From Basidiobolus meristosporus CBS 931.73 (Eukaryota > Fungi > Basidiobolomycota): a DNA stretch of 64,000 nt. The position numbers and the translations under genes were made by a program. The notes below the pieces were generated by a model, which was not told the DNA's origin, made no database searches, and worked only from the letters and a program-made list of their open reading frames with translations. Below, piece after piece: positions 39,571 through 51,168 of the stretch. Where the stretch lies: the NCBI GenBank assembly GCA_002104905.1, contig MCFE01000194.1:71951-135950 (forward strand), in the 5' to 3' direction. Position 1 is the stretch's first letter. Each line of letters begins with the position of its first letter.

Positions 39571-42500
39571 GTGCTCAGCAAGCAACTAGCTCCCATTGGG
39601 ATAACCTTACTAGGGTATGCCAGGTATCTCCTGAGTGCATGCCATTTGCTACACCTTTTGGCATTGAGCTCACGCAAAGAAGAAGCAGAGCACACCTCTG
39701 ACAGGGACTAGAATCTGCAGGGAGAAGGAATATATTGGCCAAGCAGCAGGTGTGTGACCATGCACAGGTTAGTAAGCAGGTGGCCATAGTTTTTTTGATT
39801 AGTTTATATGTTGAATACCCATGCTAGCAGTAGGTAAGCAAATACAGGGGCAGTACTCTAAAATTGAATATATAATTGCCACAAGGGGAAGTGAAAAAAT
39901 AAAATACCATTTGGTAAGTTGGTACAGTGGCTTGGCATTGGACCAGAAGTGGGTCACTATACCATCAAGATAAAGCCAATAATGGTCTGCATCAAGGCTG
40001 CCAAACCACCATCACATTTGCTACTATATGCATCAACCATTCATAGTTGCTGGCTAGGTCCTGTCAGCTAATTGTAGGTTGCATCAGGACCACTACCATG
40101 CCTTATAAACCCTGCTCAAAGGCCATTAAATCATCATCAAGCTTGTTACTATGCTGGGTGGTAAAGACAGAAGTACACCATCACAAACCTGCCATGACAT
40201 TAAGAAGAGGTTCAAGAATTCCAAGGCATGGGCATTTTTATGGCCTCATTGTGCAATCCTGAGAATTGATATGGATTGCCTCTACTCACAGGAGCAGGTT
40301 ACTTTCATAGGGCCAAGTATCACTTTAGCAAACAAGAGTTATTGTGGTACCTATAACATCTTGCTGGCATCTTTACATTTGCTGCATAGCACTCAGCAGA
40401 GCTTCTAAGCTTGTGAAACCAGAGTGGGGTGGTTGTATGAAGCCTTCTGGGTGACTGTGTCCTTCCATAATGGCTGTGTCCACTGATAGGACTCAAACAT
40501 AAGGTGTGGGCATTGAACCAAAAGCAGCAAAAGGAGTACCCATGATGGTAGTAGACCACAGGTCAGAGAGGCTCAATTCTGGATCAGAATTTACATATGG
40601 CACAACAGAAGTTGGAAAATGTCCTACCATTTGGTACATTGGTACAGTAGCATTATACAGGTGAGGCAGCTGGCTACATACAAACATTAAAAGAACACTA
40701 GAAGTCTGCCAGAAGACTGTCAAAACACTAGTGAGCACCCAACATATACAGTTATTGGATATATTGGCTAGCCTAGTGTGTCCAAAATGCTCTGGCTGGT
40801 ATAAGGCTAATGCAAAGCCATGGGAAGCCTGTTGGGTGGCTGCCAAAACACCACCAAGTTCTTTACAACATTTAGCAGTCCAGATGGCAAAATGCCATCA
40901 AGATCCCCCCTTGAGTCCATTCTAAAGGGTTGGAATTGCAACTTTCCATTCCTGTGATGGTATCCTTGTGGGACTTTGATGGTTGATCTGGATTGGATTG
41001 ACTTGCTGGACCAGATTATTTTCTGTTAGGAAATCATCTAGCTCTCTGCATTTTTTCCTTTATATTTCCTTAAATCTTGCAACCTGAGCTCAGGAGATAG
41101 GGCTCCCTACCAAGGACTTACCCAATCCAACTGAGTCATTTGGCAACTTTCATAACCTCACCAATGCTGGTCATCTGCCATAATTTGTTTCACTGAAGTT
41201 GAGCAGATAGTTGTGGATGTGTCAATCAGGCCAATTGAAGCTGATGGCTTGGGGTGATATCAGTGTACACTCAACAGCTTCAGCCACATCAAGATACCTC
41301 CCAAGTGGACTTCCAGTGGGACTTCATTGGAGATAAATGCCAAGTATAGAGCAATGCATTCCAATAAAAGCAATGGGATATCAGCCTAGGGAGAAGAGTA
41401 ATAAACAAGTTCCCATATGCCTCTACCGGAAGCAAGCCACATGCATGTCACCTTGGTGAGCCATTCACAGATGTGCTCCACTAGGCAACCAAAGGGCAGT
41501 GTGGAAACCCTGGAACCAATGCGGACATGGACATTGTCAGGCAACAGCCAGTGAAGCTTGACGAAATGAAGGGGATTCACCGGATATCCGTGTTGGGGTA
41601 AACAAGCAAGATTGACCAGCCAGCCATCATGTGCAGATGGGAAATCGTGCGGAACATCCCCGGATATAGCATGAGCCGCATGTTGACAATTGTTGAACTG
41701 GTTGATGGGTGAGTTCATTCTGGCTTACAGTACGCAGTATACCCTGGGGCAACTTCGTTGCGGCATGAAGTGAACTATGGCACTCAATAACAATCAGTCA
41801 CCATGTTGCCTGCAGGTGGCTTGTTATGCACGATGTTCTATACTCCACCCACAGCAACTCTCCCGATTGCAAATGGCTAGTTGTCCTGGCCCACCAAAAT
41901 CGCCCACGGTTCCCCATCGGCGATGCAAGGCATGCTGGGTGATCGGTTCGATTTACGATGCCACCAAGAGCCCACACACATCAAGCGATCCGAATGGGCC
42001 ATTTCGAATCCCGGGTGTCCAGGACCCAGGAACTGGATAGTCGGACCCGGTTACGCGGACGGACCCTCCGGTGGAATCGATGAGACCCACCCTGCCCCGG
42101 CCTGGAAACCGGTTTGGAGGATGGGGATGCTGGTCAACAGTCTCCCCTCGCCCAGCCCCTTCACCTCGTGGGTCTCACGGAGCACCGCGATCAATTTGGT
42201 GACCGATGCAGATCCTGCATCAAGCGAGGCTCAGGCAGGGATCACCTCTGACCGATATAGACATCTAAACGCGACCCAGCCCCCGAACCCAACCTCCGGC
42301 AACACAGAGGGAACGGTCGGGATGCTCCGCGACCGAGGTGGTGGGCTGGGTCAGGTGACGCACGAGGCTGGAACGTCCGGTAACCATGATTTATTGTAGG
42401 GGTGGCGATTTTCTACGGGCAAGATGCAATGTCGCGTGGTGGGAGATGGTTCAAGAGGGGAAGGTTGAGCAGTAGGGACAGATACCACCCACGGCCGAAA

Positions 42501-42597
42501 AGGGGAGAGATTATGCATACGAGAAGTAAGTGGGAGAGGAGAGAGAAAAGAAAGTGGGAGTGGGAATGGGGATGGGGATGGGATGATGGAAGGGCGG

Positions 42598-43926
42598 CTA
42601 CTGGTCGCCGTTTCGGAGGAATCTAGGGTAGGAGTGCTGGTACATCACGGTCATGATCTCCACCTGGGCCTTCTCGTAGATCTTGGTGAAGTAAGGGGGG
42701 CCCCTTTCCAACTCCACCTTGACCTCCCTTAGGGTGGCCCCGGTGATGTTGAGCTCGTAGCGGGCGCCGGATTGGAAGAACAGCCGGTACATCCGCTCGA
42801 TCTCCTGGGTGACCGGATCGGGCTCCCCGGTCTCGAGGACGCTGCCGGACTCCTCGTGGGAGTAGGCGATCTCGGAGAGACGCTGGTAGTGCTCGTAGAA
42901 CAGGATGTTCTCCACGCTGAAATCCTTCACCGCGAAGCTCTTGAACCTCGCGAACATCTCCGGGCTCTCGAGCACCTGCAGGAAGGAGCTCTTGTTCAGC
43001 CCGAGCGTGCGACCCGCGTTCAGGTACGAGTTGACGATCGGGATGACCACGGTGTTGAAGTGGACGAGCACCAGCGCCGCCAGGGTCCAGATGGTCTCCG
43101 GGAAGAAGAGCTGGAGGTTCTGAAGGTCCGGCATGAACAAGGCCAGCGTGCGCACGATGAACGAGATCCCCTCGATGAACATCACCACCGTGAGCTCCCT
43201 CTTGATCCAGTAGGAGTCCTCGATGCCCCACACGAGGAACGCCAACGCCGGGAGCATGATGAACACGTAGAACGCGTGGAAGCCCACCCGGGGGATCAGC
43301 TCCCAGGTGAATCCGCACCCGATGGACCCGGCGGTGGTGGCCTGTCCGGAGCCGATCTGGATGAAGAGGGTGAGCGCGACGTGGAACACCACCAGATACC
43401 CGATGTATCTCAGCAGCGTGCTGCACGACATCATCTCCCGGTTCCTCAGGTACCAGTCCTCGGTGATGCCCAGGCCTCGGAAGAAGGGCATCTTGAGGGG
43501 TCCCTTGGCCTCCTTGGTGGTCTCGAGCTCGTTGAACATGGAGTTCATCGCGCACATCAGCCGAACCTGGTTGTACCGGTAGAGAAAGGCAAGCCGCAGG
43601 AAACGCGCCCCCATGACCAGGAACCAGAGGGGGATCCCGACCGAGGTGACCCAGAGGACCAGGAAGCAAGGGTAGATGCCGGGATCCACCTCCCGCAGGA
43701 TGTACCCGCTGGTGAGGACCCCGTTCGTCGCCACGCTCAGGCACAGCAAGCTCAACCCGCGATGCTTGATGGCGGGGCTGGCGCGCTGGTGGATCAGGAT
43801 GACGATGGAGGTGAGTAGGAAGAGTATCCACACGATTAAGAAGATGACCAACCCGAGCTGGATTCCGTCCATGCTGATTGAGTGGGAGACTGGGCTAAAT
43901 GAGGTTTCCTCGTCGCACGCGGCCAT
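42598..43926 (-). CDS. Seven-transmembrane protein with C-terminal RGS domain (GprK/AtRGS1-like architecture), 442 aa, single exon
   Basis: About seven hydrophobic segments followed by FLQVLESPEMFARFKSFAVKDFSVENILFY...MYRLFFQSGARYELNIT (RGS signature); strong GC3 bias. Confidence 0.92.
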   Translation of the reverse strand: MAACDEETSFSPVSHSISMDGIQLGLVIFLIVWILFLLTSIVILIHQRASPAIKHRGLSLLCLSVATNGVLTSGYILREVDPGIYPCFLVLWVTSVGIPLWFLVMGARFLRLAFLYRYNQVRLMCAMNSMFNELETTKEAKGPLKMPFFRGLGITEDWYLRNREMMSCSTLLRYIGYLVVFHVALTLFIQIGSGQATTAGSIGCGFTWELIPRVGFHAFYVFIMLPALAFLVWGIEDSYWIKRELTVVMFIEGISFIVRTLALFMPDLQNLQLFFPETIWTLAALVLVHFNTVVIPIVNSYLNAGRTLGLNKSSFLQVLESPEMFARFKSFAVKDFSVENILFYEHYQRLSEIAYSHEESGSVLETGEPDPVTQEIERMYRLFFQSGARYELNITGATLREVKVELERGPPYFTKIYEKAQVEIMTVMYQHSYPRFLRNGDQ

Positions 43927-44303
43927 TTATACCCCGTCCCGGTCAGGAGACGCGCGAGGATCAAGCGGCCTTGAGCGCCCCCTAGTTCTGTGACTAGTGG
44001 TCTGGATGCATGGACCAGATTGGATCATCCAGGAGTGCCTGTCAAATGGCCCACGCCGTGGTGTTGCATGCGAACATCCACCAAAATTCCGCCATCGCCC
44101 CTCTATGCTTCCGCACACCGATTGGGGGTAGGAGGGTGGTCGGGTGGTCTAACCAGCCGCAGCTGCAAATCCGAATGGGTTGGAACGGATGGCTTTATTG
44201 AGCGAACATAGGGAAAATATCACAGTAGATGATGATGCTCTTTCTGATTGTCACACCGTGGATTATGCTCTTTCTAATCTACTCTGCCCGGGAGGAGGGG
44301 CCC

Positions 44304-45029
44304 TCAGGACCTGAGGTAGGCCATGATGGCGGCTGGGATCGCGGCCAGCATGACTGAGGCCGAGAGTTGGTTGGACCCGCTGGGGGCCTTGATCGGGGTA
44401 GCGCTCTTGGTAGGGGCGGAGTTAACGGCGCTCGAGGGGATACTGGAAGCAGACGCTTTACTGGTGGCTGCGCTGGTGGAGGCCGAGCTGGAGGGGCTGG
44501 ATTTAGTGGACTGGGAGGAGGAAGAGGGGGTGGATGAGGTGCTCGCGGTGGAAGTCCCACTGGAGCTGGCGGGGGTTTGAGTGGAGTTGCCGCTGGGGAC
44601 CGGAGAGGCCGATGCCCCGCCGCCCCCAGCAACGTTAAAGAAGTGGCTGTACTTTACGTCGGGTCCGTTGCCTGCCCGGACGACGTAGTTCTGGCCGTTC
44701 TCCATGTTCGCCGGAACGGTCCATTCATATTTCCCATCGGCGCTGGAGACCCCGGATGCGATGACCGTCTTGACCTGAAGCGCCTCGGGAGGGCCAGACA
44801 TCAGGGCGATGTCAATCTTGGCGGGGGTGGCGGGCGGGGAGTCGTTCACCAACCTAAATACCATCAGTGACTGCGGCGCGATGGGGATGTTTCTGACGGC
44901 TACTTACCAGGTGATGGTGATCTTGTTACCGCTCTTCCACACAGTGCCATCCACGGGCTGGGTGATGGAGTAGTCGGCCACCACGGATGCGGCTAACACG
45001 AAGATGCTGGCGAGGGACTTGGTGAACAT
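44304..45029 (-). CDS. GPI-anchored Ser/Thr-rich cell-wall protein with Kre9/Knh1-like N-terminal domain, 223 aa; exons 45,029-44,908 and 44,853-44,304
   Basis: Signal peptide MFTKSLASIFVLAASVVA, ITQP..GTVW..G..ITITW motif, 54-nt GTAAGT...CTGAT...TAG intron, Ser/Thr-rich stalk, hydrophobic C-terminal GPI signal. Confidence 0.9.
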
Positions 45030-45126
45030 GCTGAGATTAGTTGGTTCTATGAGGGGATTATGGAGAATGCTGGTTGGCTTCTATGCAGGATTATTGGGTG
45101 GGTTGGCATTGGAGAGAGGGCCGAGG

Positions 45127-45134
45127 TTATATAA
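45127..45134 (-). promoter_or_regulatory. Putative TATA box of the GPI-protein gene
   Basis: TTATATAA about 100 bp upstream of the ATG in GC-rich surroundings. Confidence 0.5.
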
Positions 45135-46094
45135 GGAGGCCTGACGACTTCCGAATAATGGTGCTTTGTTCTCTACCCCCCCCCCTTTATGACGGACGCA
45201 TAGAGTGCATTGTTGCAATTGTTCGCTTCATTGTGTATCGCCCTCCGATAACCTTAAATCTCCCAGCGAGTAGTTTGGCTCAGGCAAGACTATTTGGCGA
45301 ATGTCGAGTCTTACCTAATCGCACAGGGATAGTCAGGATCACCGGGATTTCTCCTAGATCTCCATCTACATTGTTGATGCTGATGGTGTGTTTGAGGATT
45401 TGCATTATTTACCAGAGGCCGGCCAATGACGATGATAGGATTGCTCCCTTCCGTCACCGATGGTTACCGTCCCTTCCCTTGGCGATGGCGATGGCGACGG
45501 GCGCTGGAAGTGGATCTGGTACCCAGCAAGAAAGATTGGGGTGGTGCTAAGCTGGACGGGCAGTAGTCTCGGAAGAAACCTTCCGCTACTCAGACTTGTC
45601 GTTGCAGTGTTTCGGCGGTGAAACAAGCTGCATGTTACTGCATCCCAATACACCCACCTACCAAATCCATCCGAATGATCAGGGAGCGGCGAAATTTCCC
45701 TATGTACATTGGCTGGAATGGCCGTTGGAGCCTCGCACCCGCCCGTCTAGCCCTATCGTTGTCCACCCATCACCCGAGGGGTTTCATGCGAGATCGGCTG
45801 TTATTACGCAATAGAAATCCCTGCTCCCAGCTCCGCTTCCCCTCCCCCACAGCTTCCTTGACTGTCTTCTCGGTTGGGAAGTAAAGGTAGCTTTCGTGAG
45901 GTCCGGTTTCTTTTGAGAGGAAGTCTGTGAAGTCGTGGCAGGGTCACTTCCGCTTTGTGTATGAATAGGTCGGCAGCCCCCCCCCTCGAAGACCATTTCC
46001 CTGAACACTCTAACACAACAACTCTCTCCACCCACCCACCACCCGGATGAACGTGACGCAACGTAAACCTTTCCCCTTTCAACTAGTCGTCTGG

Positions 46095-46967
46095 ATGTTA
46101 ACTTACTCAAGAAGGTCGCTTAAAGCGATGCTGGCCCTCCTCCTTGCCCCCTTTACCCTGCCGATATTTAAAACCACCTTCAGTCTGCTGGAGGCCGTGC
46201 ATCGTACCTGGCTCGCGTGCGCGCTGAGCCTGGCCCACCCGCTACACTTCCTGCTCCAGTGTCTTTGGCAGTCCGCCTCGGACCCCTTGAAGGACGCCTA
46301 TCGGATTTGGGCGAGAAAAGGGTTCGAGGCGTTGCTACCCCTGGCCACATATCCGGACCAGGAACTGGATCGAATCACACCTATGCCGCGGAGGGTGACC
46401 CCACCCAGGCGGTCCACATTTAGACGAGATACCAGCCAGCTCAGGGTGCAGCTGGTGCGGAACATGGAGGCAAAATGTTGGGGGATTGACCCGGTTGGGT
46501 TGGATGATTCTCTTGCGCACCGTCACTAACCCACGCTTTCTCCGTCTAGGGAGACGCAAGACGCTGTCCCAGTGGGCGAAAGAGGCATCCCTCTTGTTGG
46601 CGCACCCACCCAGTAGGCGTCGTTCCTGATGTCGCGGCCTGCCCTATTCGGCACTGTACTAACCATTGACCCACCTCTAGTGGACAGGAATATCCCACGC
46701 CGGTCGGCCGCCCCGCCCACTAGACTCGCCAAGCGAGAGGGACTACGGGCCATGAAGGAGACCAAGCGGGAGCTTCAGTGTCCCCCGCTGACTCTCCCAC
46801 CAAGACTCCACCCACCGTGGATGTACATGCGCAGCCCGGCCCCCAGCACGCCCCGACACTCCTTCAGCACCACGTTGAGAAGCGGGAGCTCACTAACCAA
46901 ATATCCACTCCGCCCGCCCAACGCGCCACCCACCTTCCCCACCCTGGTCTATTTAACACCATCCTAA
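46095..46967 (+). CDS. Hypothetical protein, ~243 aa; predicted exons 46,095-46,476, 46,550-46,612, 46,681-46,967
   Basis: Two CTAAC branch points with pyrimidine tract and TAG acceptors (46,549; 46,680); donors GTTGGG (weak) and GTAGGC; 73- and 68-nt introns keep the frame and join ORFs 46047-46529 and 46629-46967. Start codon uncertain. Confidence 0.5.
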
Positions 46968-47228
46968 ACGATGTTCGTCCCCCGAAGCCTCCTCCCCACA
47001 TTCTGTATATTACGTTGGCTTTAATAATTATTCGATTGTACATCTTGGCCGAGATGGAAGCATGTGCGCGTGCTGTCTATTACATATACTACGGGTAGAA
47101 CAAAAAGCGGGTGCGAGAAGGGGAGTGGAGGGTTGGGCGGGTAGACAATGGGGGAGGTATGGTGTATGGGATGATTCAAAATTCGGCCGATGACGACGGT
47201 TGCATCTGCTCGGGGGTCGTCCGCCCCC

Positions 47229-48799
47229 TCACTCCTCCATGGGCTCCGCCGAGAGCTGCTCGTAAGGAGCGGGGCGGATGGAGAAGGCGGTGGCCTGGCC
47301 GCTGAGGTCCCGCTGGGCGGGGTTCCCGCCGGTGGCGCCGTTGCTCACCCCGAACACCTTCAGCTTCTCGGCCCAATTCTCCGCACGGTCGACGCTGTCC
47401 TTGAAGATCCCCGCGATGCTGTTGAGCATCAGGAGACTCTCGGTGGCAAAGACCAGCACCCGCTGCGCGGATCCAGGGAGGTTGTTGCGCGGGCCATCGG
47501 AGGCGGGGGACATCAATGGGGAGCCCATCGGCGAAGGCGATGCGCTGTGTACTGTGGCCTGAATAAAGTCCCTCGGTTAATGAACTGCATCCTGTTGGGT
47601 TAGATCACTCGCATGGAGCCTTACCAAACGTCCGGGCAGCGTCAGGATAAACTCCCTGACATGCTTTCGGGCCTCTCCCGGTAGACACGATCCCGCGTAT
47701 CTTCCCACCACATCCACCACCTTGCGCACCGTCTCGATCAGCTCGCGCTTGATGCTCGCCAGCGTGCTGGGGTTGTGCACGGTCAGCGCGGTGGATTCCG
47801 AGGAGTTCCCGTTAAGGCCGGCGATGTATTCCTTGAGCAACGAGATTTGCTGATCGATGTTCCCGGTGGCATATTGCAGCCACTGCAGACAGTACTTCAG
47901 CGCCCTCATACTCTCCTCGCTGAACGCGGCCGCTCCCGCCCCCGCCGCCGCGGACGCCTCCACAAGGTATTGCTCCCACCGGCTCCGCTGGACGCTGGCA
48001 GTGCTCACCTGGGTTAGGCTTTGTGATTGGCTGGGTGGGTCCGATGTGATGTCTGGTTCCAAGAGGTTACTCTTCTCGCCCACAACAATAGTTTACCCAT
48101 GGCCGGTGGCTTACCTGTTTCCTTCGCCGAAGAGACGTTCCTCTGGCGCAAACCAGAGGTTTCGTGTGCCATCACCTCCTCCCCATCTTGCCTCTTCAGG
48201 GAGGGGTATCTCTTCTCCAGGGAATCCAGTTGTCGACAGGCAAACTCGTCCAGCTGGCCGAGCTGTGGCTCGAGTTTGTTCAGCACTGGCATCCCTATGG
48301 TTTTCACCGCGGACTCTACTCTTTCCGCCCCATACTGTCCAGGAGAAAGGAGCGAAGGTCAGTTTGACAGCTAGTAACAGGCGTCTGGTTAACCCCCCCC
48401 CTCCACATACCTTGACGATTTTGCTGTTTGTCTTGCTCTGTTCGTAGAAACGAAGGGCCGAGTTGACCAAGGGGATGTTGGACACTCGGGAGATGAAGGG
48501 TTGATTCAAGGTCTCCAGCTCCCCATCTACGTTGAAAAAACCGGTGAGAATCCTAGGTCGCGGAGCAGACTCCTCGAAGTCGACTTACCTTGGGCACCAT
48601 CGCCCAACGCCCTCATGGTGCCTAAGGCCTGCACGGCCTCCATCTCTTGCGACATGCGCTCAATGTCGGAGTCTTTCATATTGGAGACATCGCATAGCTG
48701 CTCGATAGACATAGGGGAGGGCAAGTCGTATTCAGGCCCGGTCTGGGCAAGCGAGTGGATCTCGCTGATTGGGGGTAGCGTCTGAGTATCGTTAGACAT
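47229..48799 (-). CDS. OPI1: Opi1/CCG-8-family transcription factor, 434 aa; exons 48,799-48,589, 48,526-48,411, 48,334-48,115, 48,052-47,625, 47,558-47,229
   Basis: Family motifs FISRVSNIPLVNSAL..Y..SK..S.IVKYGAE.VES, LDEFACRQLD, SEESMRALKYCLQWLQYA, IKRELIETVRKVVDVV..YAG..LP, A.RVL..ATESL.ML; four 62-76 nt GT-AG introns give an open frame. Confidence 0.9.
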
Positions 48800-49012
48800 G
48801 GTTGTCGCTCGTGCAGCGAGGGTGGTTTCGGTAACGAGGGTGAATAAGCCACTGCAGGAAGGCTACTCTAACTCTAGGCGCTCGATGAGAAAGCGATAGA
48901 AAAGGCCGACTATCCCTGATCAAGGGCTACGATGTAAATATAAAATGTTCGAAGAAAAACAAAATCGGGGTGTTTGTGGTGTGTAACCTATATATGAACT
49001 CTGGTGTGGGTG

Positions 49013-49056
49013 GGTCAGTAGCTGGTCAGTAGCTGGTCAGTAGCTGGTCAGTAGCT
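49013..49056 (+). repeat. Perfect 11-bp tandem repeat (GGTCAGTAGCT)x4 in the divergent promoter
   Basis: Read directly from the sequence. Confidence 0.95.
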
Positions 49057-49124
49057 GGTGTGCAACCTCCAATTGAACCTAGAAAATCCCATCGAAATCA
49101 AAAAGGAAACCTGAACATTACTCG

Positions 49125-49240
49125 CCTTCACATGATTCCCTCCCTCGCATGACCAATAGTGGCTGGTCCAATGTGCGGATATTCCTATTGCCAGCGTAGT
49201 GCGGAAAGTCGTGGGAGCCCTTTTTTTCGACTTTCACGTG
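49125..49240. promoter_or_regulatory. Two ICRE/UAS-INO-like bHLH sites (CCTTCACATG 49,125-49,134; CTTTCACGTG 49,231-49,240)
   Basis: Each is a 9/10 match to the yeast consensus WYTTCAYRTG, 330-440 bp upstream of the Opi1-like ATG. Confidence 0.35.
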
Positions 49241-49582
49241 AATATCGCCCGCCCATCAGCCAATCATCAATTGACTCTTGGGCATTTCCTGTTGCTTCTT
49301 GCCGTTGATTACTATCACATGGAAGCCACCTTAATCCTCGTGTTCTCGATTCCTAGGTGCCAAAACCATGGCGTTTTATTGCCCGCGTTTCGACCAAATG
49401 GGAGAAATATCCATTGGCTGGAGTGGATCTAGCACCAGGACACAACGTTTGTCGCAGATATGGGAATTCAGGGTTTAGAGTTTGTTACAGTGACAAGCCC
49501 ACTGGTTTGTATTCGGTGATTCAATATGGATTGGGATTTGGTGCGGATTTGGTGAGATTCGGTGCGACCATTCCTTTTTCAC

Positions 49583-50155
49583 ATGAATCCTTCCTTCTAC
49601 CTGCTCTCGCTGTGGTGGTGGGCGCTACTGTGCTACTGCCAGCTGATAGTCCCTTCCTTTTCCCCACCGTTGCCTAGCAATCATTGCCAGCTGGGCTTGG
49701 AATTGGCCGTGGAAACGCTCCTGGACTCTGACTGCCTCCCGTTACGAAAGCTCAACCCCGTGTTTACCCGCTTGGCAAAAGACCCTGAGAGTGTGAACGC
49801 CACAGTGGTCTCTGCCTTTGATCTGGTTTGCCGCTTGCCTTCTTGCTCTGCTGACTCCTTGAGACGCTTCAAGGATACCATATACACCCGATGCCATTCC
49901 GATCTCGCGAATCCATTGATCGCCTCCTATCTTTGGGTTGCGGAGAACTTTCAGCCGCTGACGGAATGGGGCTGTGCCAACGGAGAGGGATGCTTGGTCA
50001 GGCTCCTTCTCACCTGGCTACTGAACGAGCGAAGTGTGCTACTCAACGACTCCAATCCCAAGCTTTGCAAGAGATGTCGATCCACTTGGCTCGATATGGA
50101 GAAACGGTATCCGACTTTGAAAGCCACCTTTGTCAGCGAACTTCTGCAATGCTGA
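49583..50155 (+). CDS. Secreted cysteine-rich hypothetical protein, 190 aa
   Basis: Signal-peptide-like N-terminus (MNPSFYLLSLWWWALLCYCQ), regularly spaced Cys in the mature part, intact ORF in the CpG-rich island. Confidence 0.72.
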   Translation: MNPSFYLLSLWWWALLCYCQLIVPSFSPPLPSNHCQLGLELAVETLLDSDCLPLRKLNPVFTRLAKDPESVNATVVSAFDLVCRLPSCSADSLRRFKDTIYTRCHSDLANPLIASYLWVAENFQPLTEWGCANGEGCLVRLLLTWLLNERSVLLNDSNPKLCKRCRSTWLDMEKRYPTLKATFVSELLQC

Positions 50156-51168
50156 GGTTGGTTGGGAATGGTACCGATGTTTGCTGGTAGTTGTATCATT
50201 GCGCATTGCATTGCATGAAACTATCATAAACCGGAGATAACCAGAATCCGCTTAATTTGCTCAAGTAATCGATTTAATTCATCATCTCGCCTATTGTGTG
50301 CTCAAAGATAAATCTACTCTTTTTGACCACCTCATTGGTAGTCAAGATGCAATTTCAATCCTCGATTATGCATAACAAATGAACCGCAATATGCCGATCT
50401 ACATAGGATATCATTCCGATCTATCAGGGTGAAGCATATGAGCCAACCTGCCCTGTTTCATCATTGATTGCAAATGGTTATATGCCTGCTGCACATGCCC
50501 TCGATTATACATTCTTTAGTTCAGTAACTTTGATGCTCCGCTTTACCTCTTTGCGAGATATATCCTTCAGGGTTTTCCCCATCTGGCTGTGAGCATTGCG
50601 CATGCCTGAAGAAAATATACTCCAGGGCTGTTTAGCTACTACAAAGCCTAGGTCAAAAAAGGATAAGAGGAGCAGGAATCTGTCTAGGAACATATATATT
50701 GCTGCACAATATGAAGTGATATTTTTCAAAGCTTGTTTTGTACAAAGATGGGTGCACACATGCTCTTGGGACCTTCCTAAACATATTCTATGTGCTTATT
50801 TTGCCAAGACCATGTTGAAGTATAAATGCCACTTTTACATACAATAAATGATAAGTGAAAACCACATAATCTATTTGTTCTCCCAATCACTTCTAATATT
50901 GCCAAAACTCTTACAGCATGTTATGAGCCCTGAGCAGTCACTCTCTAGAATATCTACTACTGCAATTACTGCAGTCTCCCCCTCTGCTGAGCAATAGGAC
51001 AGATCAAACTGCTATGGCTGGAAGGTGAAGGTGAAGATGCTACTGCAGGAAGGAAGCTTTTGGGGTCTTGATTTGGGAGAAGAATGCCATCTTAAAGGTG
51101 TAGGGGAAGAAGTGAGAAAGTATTAGAAGAATGAACAAAGTGCCTTAATGTTAAAGACAAGTTGCTAG

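Noticed and set aside
42556-42582. Five G-tracts (possible G-quadruplex) downstream of the RGS gene
   Set aside because: Common low-complexity purine tract in a GC-rich 3' region; no evidence of function.
42623-43831. Long overlapping ORFs (402 aa on -, 348 aa on +) across the 7TM-RGS gene
   Set aside because: Shadow frames caused by extreme GC3 bias; no recognisable domains.
50505-50759. 84-aa minus-strand ORF abutting the LTR
   Set aside because: Its start lies inside LTR sequence and no family is recognisable.
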